Part shown: one piece after another, positions 18,794 through 28,008 of the stretch
Numbering within the stretch: position 1 is the first letter of the stretch
How the letters are laid out: each line of letters begins with the position of its first letter
Virus record (IMG/VR): IMGVR_UViG_3300044728_000232
Location: 1 to 43,510 of that record
Direction: 5' to 3' (one strand)
From: a virus
Lineage: Duplodnaviria; Caudoviricetes
Length of the DNA stretch: 43,510 bases
Program-made: the position numbers and the translations under genes
Notes under the pieces: model-generated
The model's input: only the letters and a program-made list of their open reading frames with translations
Databases searched by the model: none
What the model was told of the DNA's origin: nothing

Positions 18794-21127
18794 TTACTGG
18801 AGACTGATAATATTCCCGTCAGGACCCCTGTTGACGGTGAATTGCTTGCTTCCCTTCCGGACGGAAGCGATTTTCCCATCCGAACCCCTCTGGAACTGGG
18901 GCGGGGAACTGAGGTCTTGGATGACGGACGACAGGGACTGGATAACTTTCTCGAGTTTTTGGTCGGTGTCGTTTTGCCCGCCGGAGGAAGCGGTAGAGGC
19001 TTTATCGTTTCGGTCCCGTTCCTGCTGGGCGCGGGAACGAACATGCTGCATCCCGGACAGTTCTTTGGTCTGAAGCTGGGCGGATTTTGTAGCAACGTCC
19101 GCATCGAAGGTCGCCTTTTTCGCAGAATCCTGGGCGGCCTGAACAGCCTGGGCGGCCTGCTGCTCGGCTTTGAAGATTTTGATTTCAGCCGCGAACTCTT
19201 TCTGCTGGACTTGGATATCGCGCTTGATATCTTCGAGTTTCTGAACCTCGGCTTTGATCTTGTCCTCGGCCTGGACGAGTTCTTTTTCCTTCTTCTCCTG
19301 CTCGGGAGTCGGCCCTGTCGCCTGCGGCGGAGGAGGCTCGATGGCTTTTATCGAATCGACGATTTGCAGGCCGAATTTGAACCGCTGGCAAACCGCAATG
19401 ACGATTTCCTTCGACGCGTTTATCCCGGACGGGCCAAGCTGGGCGAGGGGCTGGAGCCCTTGCAGAAGCTGCCCCATCGCCGTCATGAATTCCGAGACCT
19501 CGGCTTTATCCGTGGCGGTATCCAAGTCGATGGTTGAATCGGATTGAACATTAACGAAAAAGGCGCGATTCGCGTCGTTTTTGAGCTGGGAGATTAGTTC
19601 TTCCAGCGACGGACTCTGGGCGATTTTGACCAGTTCGGGATTCGGCGGAGGCGGCGGAGGAGCAGGAGGCATCCCGGGCATTCCCGGCGGGGGCATCTGC
19701 GCCGCCATTAACTGCGCCTTCATGGCGTCATATTGAAGCTGCTGAACCGCCGCGTCTTTCTCCGCTGCCAGAGGAACCTGGGAGTTGGTGATGAGTTTCC
19801 ACTGCTGGGCTGGGACAAGAGCAGCCGCCGCATCAATGGCGAGGCGATATAAGTCTCTGACATAGGAAGCCGTGGACTTCTGCATATCCCGCAGACGGAT
19901 CGAGCCCCATTTGTTTTTTAGATTCTGCGCTGTCGCAGTTTCAGAGGCGACAGACGACCCCCGGATAATGTCTGAAAGCCCCGTGATTTCGTAGATGACC
20001 TGTTTTATCTGGACTCGGGCCTGATAAAGCTGGGTTGCAACCGCGACCAAGGCTTCGAGGGGGAGCAGCCAAATCTGTTTGTCGAATCCCCCCGCCTGGG
20101 TCATCAGCCCGGCTTCTTTACCGGGGACGAGCTTATTCTCCATGTCGTCATCGGACAGGAGTTTGGCGAGGTCATCGCCCAGAAGGGAGTTATAAGCACC
20201 CCGGACCTTGATCGCCGAGAGGACCTTATTCAGCCGTGCCGTAACGCGGTTTAATTCTTCGGCCTGGTTCCGGTAATATTGGTAGAGAGGAGTGGGCAAC
20301 AGCCTTCCCGGCTTGTGCGTCATTTGCAGAAGGCCCGGGGTCGGAAAGAATCCATGAAGTTGCATGGGGTCGGCTTCGGATTTTACCAGAACCCCCTTCC
20401 AATCCTCGCAGAGATAATGGACAGTTTTCGTCCCCCGCTCCCAGCATTCGTAGACGAGAGTTTTCTCGAGGGTTTTACTCTGCCCTTCGGGTTCTTCTGT
20501 TGGGTCGTCCGCGGTTAGATTCTGGCGCTCTTCCGCGGGAATCCCGAGTTGGGTGAAGAACTCTTCGCGGGTTAGTTCTTGCCGGAACGCAATCCAGGGG
20601 AGTTTCCCCCACTTATTCCCCGCCGGCCAGATCAGGCCTTTGTAGGTGCCAGATTCGGTGCAGATGGGGATGTTTTTCTCGGGATAATGCCGAATCCGGA
20701 CGAATCCCAGACCGGAGACAAGGGCCGAGAGGACGGATTCATCTAGGGAATTATCGAAGCTTTCCTCCCCCGGATTTGCGGGGTCCGAGAAAACAACGAG
20801 GAAATTCTCCGCCAGTTGCGTCAGCGGGGAGGAGGGCTGTTCGAGGAAACGGGTCCGAACGTCGGGCTTCGGCGTTGCGGAATACAGAGAGGGCTTGAGA
20901 ACCTCGGTGTTGGAATACAGGATGTTGTAGGGATTCGCGGGATCTTCTTTTTCCGAGTTGTAGAGGTTGGTCGCCGTTTCGGCGTGTTTCCACCAGCCCT
21001 TCTCGAAAAAAGCCTCCCGGGTCTTGATCGCCTCAAAGAGTTTCTTCGCCTCCTCGTTTTCCAGGGGAGCGGAGTCCTCGTCCTCGGGATCGACGGCGGC
21101 AGCGGGAATATCTTCGGATGCGATCAT
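18794..21127 (-). CDS. Portal protein
   Basis: 777 aa immediately after TerL; NILYSN, GLSDIIRG...ETATAQ motifs; coiled-coil C-terminus. Confidence 0.85.
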   Translation of the reverse strand: MIASEDIPAAAVDPEDEDSAPLENEEAKKLFEAIKTREAFFEKGWWKHAETATNLYNSEKEDPANPYNILYSNTEVLKPSLYSATPKPDVRTRFLEQPSSPLTQLAENFLVVFSDPANPGEESFDNSLDESVLSALVSGLGFVRIRHYPEKNIPICTESGTYKGLIWPAGNKWGKLPWIAFRQELTREEFFTQLGIPAEERQNLTADDPTEEPEGQSKTLEKTLVYECWERGTKTVHYLCEDWKGVLVKSEADPMQLHGFFPTPGLLQMTHKPGRLLPTPLYQYYRNQAEELNRVTARLNKVLSAIKVRGAYNSLLGDDLAKLLSDDDMENKLVPGKEAGLMTQAGGFDKQIWLLPLEALVAVATQLYQARVQIKQVIYEITGLSDIIRGSSVASETATAQNLKNKWGSIRLRDMQKSTASYVRDLYRLAIDAAAALVPAQQWKLITNSQVPLAAEKDAAVQQLQYDAMKAQLMAAQMPPPGMPGMPPAPPPPPPNPELVKIAQSPSLEELISQLKNDANRAFFVNVQSDSTIDLDTATDKAEVSEFMTAMGQLLQGLQPLAQLGPSGINASKEIVIAVCQRFKFGLQIVDSIKAIEPPPPQATGPTPEQEKKEKELVQAEDKIKAEVQKLEDIKRDIQVQQKEFAAEIKIFKAEQQAAQAVQAAQDSAKKATFDADVATKSAQLQTKELSGMQHVRSRAQQERDRNDKASTASSGGQNDTDQKLEKVIQSLSSVIQDLSSPPQFQRGSDGKIASVRKGSKQFTVNRGPDGNIISLQ

Positions 21128-22590
21128 AGGGGGTTGGCTTCCCGTCTAGTACGCTGCGCCTGAGCGGCGATTAGCTCGTTGATTGTAGGGGCGGCCCGGG
21201 CGTTTGTAAAGTCGAGGGGGGAAGTGGCTTTTTTGGCGTCCCGGATAGCGGGCCGAGACATTACTGCGTAGCGGGTTTCGTCCGCGGCATGATCCTCCGC
21301 GTCGGTATCGAGGTCCTCGGGATTCTTTTCGTCATGTTGAAGGTAAGGAAGCGTCCGGATCGTGTGCTCGCAGGATTCGTGGAAGTACAGGAGGGGAATA
21401 ACGGCCCCCAAGCGCCTCCGAATTTGTTCCCAGCCAGCTTCCCGGGAGTTATCAGCGCGGAAGAAGCTGCAACCCTCGACCAGAAACTGCTCGATGATGC
21501 TCGGACCCCCTTGAAAGGAAAAAGTCGAGGGATCAGCCACGCCGTAGTTGATGAGTTTCCCCATCCGCTTTTCCCGGTTGAGGATGCCTTGCGCGATGAG
21601 ATTATTCGTCATTTTCAGGCCGACATTGGGCTTTCCGCTGGTTCCATACCATTCAGAGAATTTTATCAGCGCCCCCCGGGGAATCGTCTCGTTGTTCAGA
21701 ATCATCCCTCCGTCACAAACCGCGTACCAGCCAACGGAGAAAGGAGAGGCGGAGCCCCAGTCCATTGCCCGGAACTTCGTCCAATGGTCAGGAATATCAA
21801 GAACTCCTCGGATGACATGACGTTTCTCGTCGAACTCGGAGAAAAAGGTTCCGTCAACGCCGTCCCAGTTTCCTTCGAGCCAGGCTTTGACGAGGGTTTC
21901 GGAGCCGGTTTCCCGGAGCCGCATGATGTATGTTGGGTCATTGATGAGGAGGAGGGGATTATCTTTGAGCCGACTCGGGATAAAAACGCGGTCGAGCGTA
22001 ACCTCTTTTAGGGTTCCGTCGGGAAGCTCGATTTCCTCGGTTGCGGTGATGACTTTATAGCCAGAAGGGCAGGGGGTGACATATCTGTCCTTTACCCAAT
22101 GGTGGCCCGGCCCGCCGGGGTTCCCAGTCAGGCGCATTCCACACGCAACGCCCTGCGCGGACCGGAGAGTCCCCTTTAGCTTCATTATCGGGTCGGGGAA
22201 GGGGAAGTTTGTCGCCTCTTCGATGTAGACCCGGGTGTATTCATGGCCTTGATATTCCTCGGCGTCAACATCCCTCTCTAGATAGGCGAATTTCAAAACG
22301 GAGCCGTTTGGCATGAGAAGTTCTTTCTTCTGCTCATGCCATTTGCATCCGAGTTTTGCGCCATAGCGGCGGAATCTCTTGATGACGTCTACAAGCTGGG
22401 TTAGTTTCCGCCGGATGAAGAGGCCGGAGGCATGTTCTCCATAAAGAGAAGAATGGGAAAACCAGTCCCCGATAGAACCCTCGGTTTTACCCCCTCCGCG
22501 AGCCCCGCCGAAGAAAACCTCGAAAACCGGGCAGGTTATGAGGTCGGTCTGCGGCCCGGGTTGAGGGGACCAGATTACTTCGGGATTCAT
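21124..22590 (-). CDS. terL: Terminase large subunit
   Basis: PQPGPQ, Walker A GGARGGGKT, Walker B VYIEEA, TGNPGG, nuclease MDWG and DHAADETRY. Confidence 0.95.
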   Translation of the reverse strand: MNPEVIWSPQPGPQTDLITCPVFEVFFGGARGGGKTEGSIGDWFSHSSLYGEHASGLFIRRKLTQLVDVIKRFRRYGAKLGCKWHEQKKELLMPNGSVLKFAYLERDVDAEEYQGHEYTRVYIEEATNFPFPDPIMKLKGTLRSAQGVACGMRLTGNPGGPGHHWVKDRYVTPCPSGYKVITATEEIELPDGTLKEVTLDRVFIPSRLKDNPLLLINDPTYIMRLRETGSETLVKAWLEGNWDGVDGTFFSEFDEKRHVIRGVLDIPDHWTKFRAMDWGSASPFSVGWYAVCDGGMILNNETIPRGALIKFSEWYGTSGKPNVGLKMTNNLIAQGILNREKRMGKLINYGVADPSTFSFQGGPSIIEQFLVEGCSFFRADNSREAGWEQIRRRLGAVIPLLYFHESCEHTIRTLPYLQHDEKNPEDLDTDAEDHAADETRYAVMSRPAIRDAKKATSPLDFTNARAAPTINELIAAQAQRTRREANPL

Positions 22591-22751
22591 GGAACCAGAT
22601 TAGCGTCCGGATTGGGCGTTCCGCCCCGGAGGGGTTGATTATTCGCCTGCGCCAGCAGTTTCTGGATCAGGTCATTCACGTCCCGCCAGGGGGCGAGTTG
22701 GAGGACGGCGAGAATCCGGTCCAGTTCTTTCGCGTCGAGGATGAAGTCCAT
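22587..22751 (-). CDS. Small hypothetical protein (54 aa)
   Basis: MDFILDAKELDRILAVLQLAPWRDVNDLIQKLLAQANN...; fills the gap; its stop overlaps the TerL start (ATGA). Confidence 0.7.
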   Translation of the reverse strand: MDFILDAKELDRILAVLQLAPWRDVNDLIQKLLAQANNQPLRGGTPNPDANLVP

Positions 22752-22752
22752 G

Positions 22753-23253
22753 TCAGAGAATGTCCTCTAGAAGGAATTTCGCGTTGAGGAAGTTGCGGTT
22801 GGTCCAATCCTTGCCGTAGGCGGGCCAGGAGGGGAGAGATTGGTGGAAAAGCTGGCGGGACTGGATGAAATTCAGGGTGATGAGGGGGCCAGCGTATTTT
22901 AGGGCGGTGAATGTTTCCGGGGTGAGGTCCCCGGTCAGAGGGAGCCCGATGGATTGCTGGAAAAGCCGGATAGCCAGGGGCGGGCCGGAGGAAACAGCGC
23001 ACTCGAAAAGGGGAAAAGCGATGAAATAGGGAATCTCATCGGCGCGGAGGGGCAGCCAGTATTCCTTTTCGTAGATTTCCCGCGCTTTTGCCTCCGGCAA
23101 AAAACAAACCTCCCCTTCGTATCCATGTTTCCGGATAATCTGACCGGAGAGGCCAAACGCTGCTTCGCGCCCAAGGTGCGCGGGGTGGTTAATATACGCA
23201 CGGGAATTCGCGAAGAGGCGATCTACCGCCTTTTGGAAATTGGGTCCCATCAC
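22753..23253 (-). CDS. GH108 lysozyme-like protein with degenerate catalytic motif
   Basis: Matches the GH108 + PG_binding_3 pattern (Y.NHP, A.EIY...YW, LF..AV.SG, W..YG..W..R), but EGGY is replaced by SRAY. Confidence 0.75.
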   Translation of the reverse strand: MMGPNFQKAVDRLFANSRAYINHPAHLGREAAFGLSGQIIRKHGYEGEVCFLPEAKAREIYEKEYWLPLRADEIPYFIAFPLFECAVSSGPPLAIRLFQQSIGLPLTGDLTPETFTALKYAGPLITLNFIQSRQLFHQSLPSWPAYGKDWTNRNFLNAKFLLEDIL

Positions 23254-23723
23254 TCCCCCGGATTCGTATGGGAAATATCAATGACCTCGCCCCGGGAGGA
23301 GTTTTCCAGCCAGGCCCTCGGGTCCTTCGCGGGCGGCGGGAGATGAACGACGTAGAGATTATTCTGCGTCTGCGGGAGAGCTTTTATCTGATTCCGGTCC
23401 CCGACCCCCAGTTTCGCCGCGGAGATAAGATCAGAGTTGGTGAAGGGCTGCTGAGTGTCGAGCCGCTCTAGGAGTTTATCCAGGGAGCGTTTCGCCAACG
23501 CCTCTAGCCTCATCTCCACCGAGGCCCGGAGTTTTGGGTCGACGAGTTCCCCCTTCCGCTCCTCAAGCCTTTCCTTAAAACTGTCTGAGTTAACAATAAT
23601 ACTCATCCAGCTCTGCGAAAAGCCGAATCGAGCCGAAAGCTCCCCCTGGGATATGCTCGGGAACGCAATAATCTCGTCAATAATCGCGTCATGCGTATAT
23701 CGAACCTTCGCAATCTCGGGCAT
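23250..23723 (-). CDS. Terminase small subunit (putative)
   Basis: N-terminal HTH (ISQGELSARFGFSQSWMS), helical core; first gene of the packaging operon. Confidence 0.6.
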   Translation of the reverse strand: MPEIAKVRYTHDAIIDEIIAFPSISQGELSARFGFSQSWMSIIVNSDSFKERLEERKGELVDPKLRASVEMRLEALAKRSLDKLLERLDTQQPFTNSDLISAAKLGVGDRNQIKALPQTQNNLYVVHLPPPAKDPRAWLENSSRGEVIDISHTNPGE

Positions 23724-23928
23724 GAGGGCTCCCCTTAGAAAACAGCCCCAGTCTCCTATCCCCGATCCGCAAAATCAAGCCCCAGGGGGCATTTTGAAAA
23801 CAAATTCACTGTGGATGGTCGTTTTCAAGTTTACATTGTGCCTCGATGGACAGCCAGGCTAAACTCCCCCTCCCGCTTTCGCAATCCGGGATATCCCCCC
23901 GGGGGGGTCGGCGCTGGCGGATCGGGGA

Positions 23929-24388
23929 AAATCCACAGGTTATCCACAGGGTTATACACAGCTTCCCCACAGTTTTATCCACAGAGGGAGGGAACAAGGG
24001 AGAATGGGGAATATCCCTAGGGAAAACAGGGGGATTCGGGGATGCGTTGCCCCATGTTGCCCGGGTTCCCCGTCGCGGCGGATTCGGGCAGGATGCGTGC
24101 CAGAGGGAGGGCGTTGTTACGTTTGGTTACAATATTTTTTTTTTTATCAGAAACCCCCTCCCAATAGCCTGCGCCAATCAGGCGCAACCGCTGCCGCGAC
24201 CCGACGGGAAACGCGGGAACGATGGGGAAAGTTGGCCCGCGCCCACTTCACCCTCGATTTTATCCACACGTTATCCCGGGATTCTATGGGGCAGAACGAT
24301 AATCGGGGAAAATAGAACGAAACAGTGGATAACATGGGGATAAGCCCTGTGGATAATAGCGAGGGCTGGTGTGGATAAGTTATCCACA
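23929..24388. promoter_or_regulatory. DnaA-box cluster / oriC-like region
   Basis: Perfect TTATNCACA at 23940, 23952, 23975, 24260, 24380 (+) and 24348, 24370 (-); near matches at 23929, 23963, 24324, 24335; AT tract ~24127-24148. Confidence 0.85.
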
Positions 24389-24594
24389 AACTGCGCAGGA
24401 TCGTCGATCGGGGATGCGCCGGGGGCTAGGTAGCCAAAAAGGGGAAAATCGCTCTACGGGCATTCTGGTGCGTTTTAGAGGCATGGAGTTTTATCCAGTT
24501 TTGCTAGGTGTTTTCCCTTGAATTCCCATTCCTGGCACGGGGATTGCTACGCGGGCGCTGGCGTGCGTGTTGTGATTCTGCGACAGGGAAAAGC

Positions 24595-24623
24595 TTGCAC
24601 GGGATTTTCCCCGGGTGTAGAAT
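24595..24623 (+). promoter_or_regulatory. Sigma70-like early promoter
   Basis: TTGCAC-17 bp-TAGAAT upstream of the first plus-strand gene. Confidence 0.65.
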
Positions 24624-24653
24624 CGCTCTGCGATGACAAACAAGGGGCACGGA

Positions 24654-24776
24654 ATGAACGAAGAAACGCAGGCGCGGATTGACGCGCTGGCACGGGCGCT
24701 GGAAAGCTTGCGCGCTGCCGGGGAATGGGAACTTGCCGCGAAAGTGGCGAAGCGTTTGTATGCACTCACTCACTAA
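24654..24776 (+). CDS. Small hypothetical protein (40 aa)
   Basis: MNEETQARIDALARALESLRAAGEWELAAKVAKRLYALTH; AAGGGG RBS. Confidence 0.6.
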   Translation: MNEETQARIDALARALESLRAAGEWELAAKVAKRLYALTH

Positions 24777-24792
24777 ATAGGAGAATCAGAAA

Positions 24793-26268
24793 ATGGCAAT
24801 TACCCTCAACGTATGGCAACCCGCACCGAACAAGCCTGTTCGCCTTTATCTGAACGGGCTAGACAATCAGCGGCGGGAAAACAAGGCATGGCTCGCCGAG
24901 TTTCAAGGCACGGCGCACCCCTATTTTGAGGGATGCACGGACACGCAGGTGCAACAGGCTGCCGAGTGGTTTAACGCTCAAAACAAAGATTGGCCCGTAA
25001 TGCTCGCACTTGCTCAGAAAACCCCCGCGCTGATTCCCGCGCCTGTCGTGGATCGCACGCCCGCAATACGCGCCGCGCTGATGGCATCATCGATTGTGCA
25101 CGTTGCGCCTGCGGCAAGAATGGCGGGGTTGAGTTTCCGCAATGGGTTGAGCAAGGTCGAGATAATCGACCGACTGTGCAGCGACCCTGAGATGGCAGCC
25201 CGCGCACTGGAAAACATCACGCGCCTGCGCGCAGGCAATATCGCCCCTCCCGCACCAGTCAAGGCCGATTGGATCGACGATGATGACATTCCCGCGCCAA
25301 CGCAGGCGCCGACAGTCAAGCCCTCGCAAGCAATCGACCTAAGCGCCTACGCGCTGAAAACCGAAGTAAGCGCCGAAGTTATCAAGCTTGCCCGCTCAGT
25401 CCGCGAAGCACGGGAAAATGCAGACGCGGGGATTGCTGCCCTCGATGCGCGAATCAGCGCCGACCTTGACGCGCTGAAGCAGAATCGCCCCCTTGAATTG
25501 ATTTTCCCCGAATTGCCCGCGCCTATCAAAGTTCCCGCGCTGCATCATCCCCAATTCGCGGATTTGGTGTTAACGCTTCAATGCAAGCTTCACGCGATGC
25601 TAGTCGGCCCCGCTGGATCAAGCAAAACCTTTTCCAGCGAACAGGCCGCAGAGGCACTCAGCCTGCGGTTTTACATGCAAGGCGCTATCTCCTACGCGCA
25701 TGAATTGCTAGGCTATGTCGACGCGCATTCACGCTACGTTAGAACGCAATTCCGCGAAGCATTCGAGCACGGCGGATTGATTCTTTTGGACGAATTCGAC
25801 GCTAGCGCCGCAGAGGCCGCACTAGTTCTAAATGCCGCACTCGCTAACGGCGCCTGCGCATTCCCCGATGGTCTTATTCGCAAGCACGCGGATTTTCGTT
25901 GCATCGTTGGCGCTAATACTGACGGTAGCGGCGCCACGATGCAGTATGCAGGCCGCGCCCGACTTGATGGGGCTTTCCTTGACCGCTTCGTAAACTTCGA
26001 TTGGCAAATTGACCCCCGTATCGAGGATCATCTGAGCAAGGGGAATTCCCGCATCGTTGCCGCTGTCCGTGCGGTTCGTGAATTCGCGCACAAGCGGGGG
26101 ATTTTGGACGTGGTTGCAACCCCCCGCGCAATCGCCTTTGGTGCCACACTCGCGGCGCGGGGAATGGCCCCCTCCCTAGTTCTAGAGCGGACCATGAAAC
26201 GCGGCGCCCTAGTCGAATGCTGGCGTGATGTTCTGCGCCTTGATGCTGTCGTGCAATTCCTTGCCTGA
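24793..26268 (+). CDS. MoxR/CbbQ-type AAA+ ATPase
   Basis: Walker A GPAGSSKT, Walker B LLDEFD, ANT.G.G, LDGAFLDRF, TPR; AGGAG RBS. Confidence 0.85.
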   Translation: MAITLNVWQPAPNKPVRLYLNGLDNQRRENKAWLAEFQGTAHPYFEGCTDTQVQQAAEWFNAQNKDWPVMLALAQKTPALIPAPVVDRTPAIRAALMASSIVHVAPAARMAGLSFRNGLSKVEIIDRLCSDPEMAARALENITRLRAGNIAPPAPVKADWIDDDDIPAPTQAPTVKPSQAIDLSAYALKTEVSAEVIKLARSVREARENADAGIAALDARISADLDALKQNRPLELIFPELPAPIKVPALHHPQFADLVLTLQCKLHAMLVGPAGSSKTFSSEQAAEALSLRFYMQGAISYAHELLGYVDAHSRYVRTQFREAFEHGGLILLDEFDASAAEAALVLNAALANGACAFPDGLIRKHADFRCIVGANTDGSGATMQYAGRARLDGAFLDRFVNFDWQIDPRIEDHLSKGNSRIVAAVRAVREFAHKRGILDVVATPRAIAFGATLAARGMAPSLVLERTMKRGALVECWRDVLRLDAVVQFLA

Positions 26269-26282
26269 TTGGAGTATCTAGA

Positions 26283-27125
26283 ATGGCCCTCTTTTCCCCC
26301 TCGCTAATGCAAGATATCCCCTCTGAAACCCTGAACATGTCGATTGGGCATCTTAGGGAATCGGCGGGTTCTGATATGCCGTTTTTCCACTGGCAAGGCA
26401 CGCACTCTGCGTTCATGGAGTTTTACCGTCAGTGCCTGAAGGACGATACAAACGCGGGGGCAAGCCTGCGCCGAAATACAAAGGAATTAGAGGGGCAGCG
26501 CTCATGGTCGGGTTTGAGCGAACCCGCCCCCGCTTTCATCGAATCAGGAATCAGCATCGATGCTGCCCGCGAATTCCAGACCACCACTGCAAAACTCCAC
26601 GCAGACCGATTCGCACCGGGCGCGGTTCGCCCCGCTGTTGCTGGCGGTGCGTGGATTATCCCCCTTACCCTAACAGGCGCCCCAATGCCTGCGCGAATCC
26701 GTGAGCGTACAAAACTCCCCCCGCTGAATATCAATCTTGGAATCACGGCAATGGCGCGGACCAACTGGAAGGACGTTACAAAATCCCTTGCCTCAGTCGC
26801 TCACGCCGCGTGGCAATACTTGCAGGCCGGTGGCGCCCTCACTCTGACCGCTAATTATTGCTGGGCTTTCCACTCCCCAATGAACGGGAATCGCGGCCTA
26901 GTCGTTTCGATCAAGGCGCCTCTTACTTCACAGGCCGCATTCGCGTCAGCCTGTAGCCTGCAAACGGCACGGGCGCTAACCCTCTCACTAGCGCAAAGCC
27001 TGAGCGGGGTTCCTAACGGGCATGATTCGATTCCCCTCGCGTACTGGAAAAAACCCGGCTTGCATATGGTCAACGGGCTAGCAGGCGAAGATGCGGGGAT
27101 TCTCTCAGCCCTCAAGATCGCGTAA
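26283..27125 (+). CDS. Putative partner of the MoxR ATPase (degenerate vWA-like)
   Basis: Directly downstream, GGAG RBS; VAGG...P..L.G.P..M pattern; no intact DxSxS MIDAS. Confidence 0.55.
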   Translation: MALFSPSLMQDIPSETLNMSIGHLRESAGSDMPFFHWQGTHSAFMEFYRQCLKDDTNAGASLRRNTKELEGQRSWSGLSEPAPAFIESGISIDAAREFQTTTAKLHADRFAPGAVRPAVAGGAWIIPLTLTGAPMPARIRERTKLPPLNINLGITAMARTNWKDVTKSLASVAHAAWQYLQAGGALTLTANYCWAFHSPMNGNRGLVVSIKAPLTSQAAFASACSLQTARALTLSLAQSLSGVPNGHDSIPLAYWKKPGLHMVNGLAGEDAGILSALKIA

Positions 27126-27380
27126 CGCGGACAGGCGCAGCGAGGGGCCTAGCGCCTCGCTAGCGCCTCGATAGACCCCCCTCGCGCGCGCGTGTATGTA
27201 TATAGCAGTCCAAGCGCGCCTAGGCCCTTTAAACGCATTGTGAGTAACCACTAACATCTATGTCAGCACGCACTAACTTCCTGGCCGACAATCCCCGCTC
27301 GGCTTTCCTGGCCCATCTAGCCCTAGTCGAATCCGCCGCCCGCATTCCCGCCCCCTCAGACTGGTGCACGCCTAGCCCCC

Positions 27381-27414
27381 GGACAGCGAACAGCGGACAG
27401 CGGACAGCGGACGC
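27381..27414 (+). repeat. Tandem heptamer G[GA]ACAGC x4 plus partial
   Basis: ggacagc gaacagc ggacagc ggacagc ggacgc. Confidence 0.85.
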
Positions 27415-27484
27415 GGGGCAGACCCTCGGCCACTGGCTTAAAAGCCTCTTCTCTTACCCCCTCTAACCCTCTAGAATCCCCGCC

Positions 27485-27697
27485 ATGAAACCGTACAACC
27501 CCACTCGCTACGCTACCCCCTGGTCTATCCACAACGGCCCCACCGCCGCCGATACGATCCTCACAGTCTACGACCGCGCCGCCTGCTACTATCCCGACCG
27601 GGAAACCGCCGAGCGCGCCCTGGATCGTCTGGTTAAGGATTACCCGCATATCCGCCCCTGGTACAAAATTGTCCGCGTAACCTTCCGAAAAGGCTAA
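27485..27697 (+). CDS. Hypothetical protein (70 aa)
   Basis: ATG 7 nt after TAGAAT; coding-like composition. Confidence 0.6.
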   Translation: MKPYNPTRYATPWSIHNGPTAADTILTVYDRAACYYPDRETAERALDRLVKDYPHIRPWYKIVRVTFRKG

Positions 27698-27704
27698 AAA
27701 CCCC

Positions 27705-27732
27705 TTGACAGGCGCGTTTCAGGCTCTAGAAT
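27705..27732 (+). promoter_or_regulatory. Sigma70 promoter
   Basis: TTGACA-16 bp-TAGAAT. Confidence 0.75.
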
Positions 27733-27739
27733 CCCCAAC

Positions 27740-27955
27740 ATGATGACCGCAACCCGCTTCACCCCTCAGAGCTTGATGGACGTTTACACCGTCGGGCGCC
27801 TGCGCGTGTTGATCGAGCAGGCAACGGGTGAAGTCGTTTCCATTCAAGATGCCGTCAGCGGTTGCGCTGCCTCGCTGATGTACTGCAAGGCCGAAATCGC
27901 CAACGCTCAGACCGCCGCGCATCTCGCCTGGGCCTCGACGGCAGACCATTCCTAG
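27740..27955 (+). CDS. Hypothetical protein (71 aa)
   Basis: ORF begins 7 nt after the -10 box. Confidence 0.55.
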   Translation: MMTATRFTPQSLMDVYTVGRLRVLIEQATGEVVSIQDAVSGCAASLMYCKAEIANAQTAAHLAWASTADHS

Positions 27956-28008
27956 TCCGAAGCCGGGGCGGCTTTTCCCCGGCATTTTCCCCCTTTGGAG
28001 AACACCAA

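Noticed and set aside
23806-24389. Short ORFs in the intergenic gap
   Set aside because: No RBS or coding character; the region is explained by DnaA boxes
27381-27414. Possible CRISPR or mini-array
   Set aside because: 7-bp tandem units without spacers; no cas operon (the Cas4-like nuclease sits in a recombination module)
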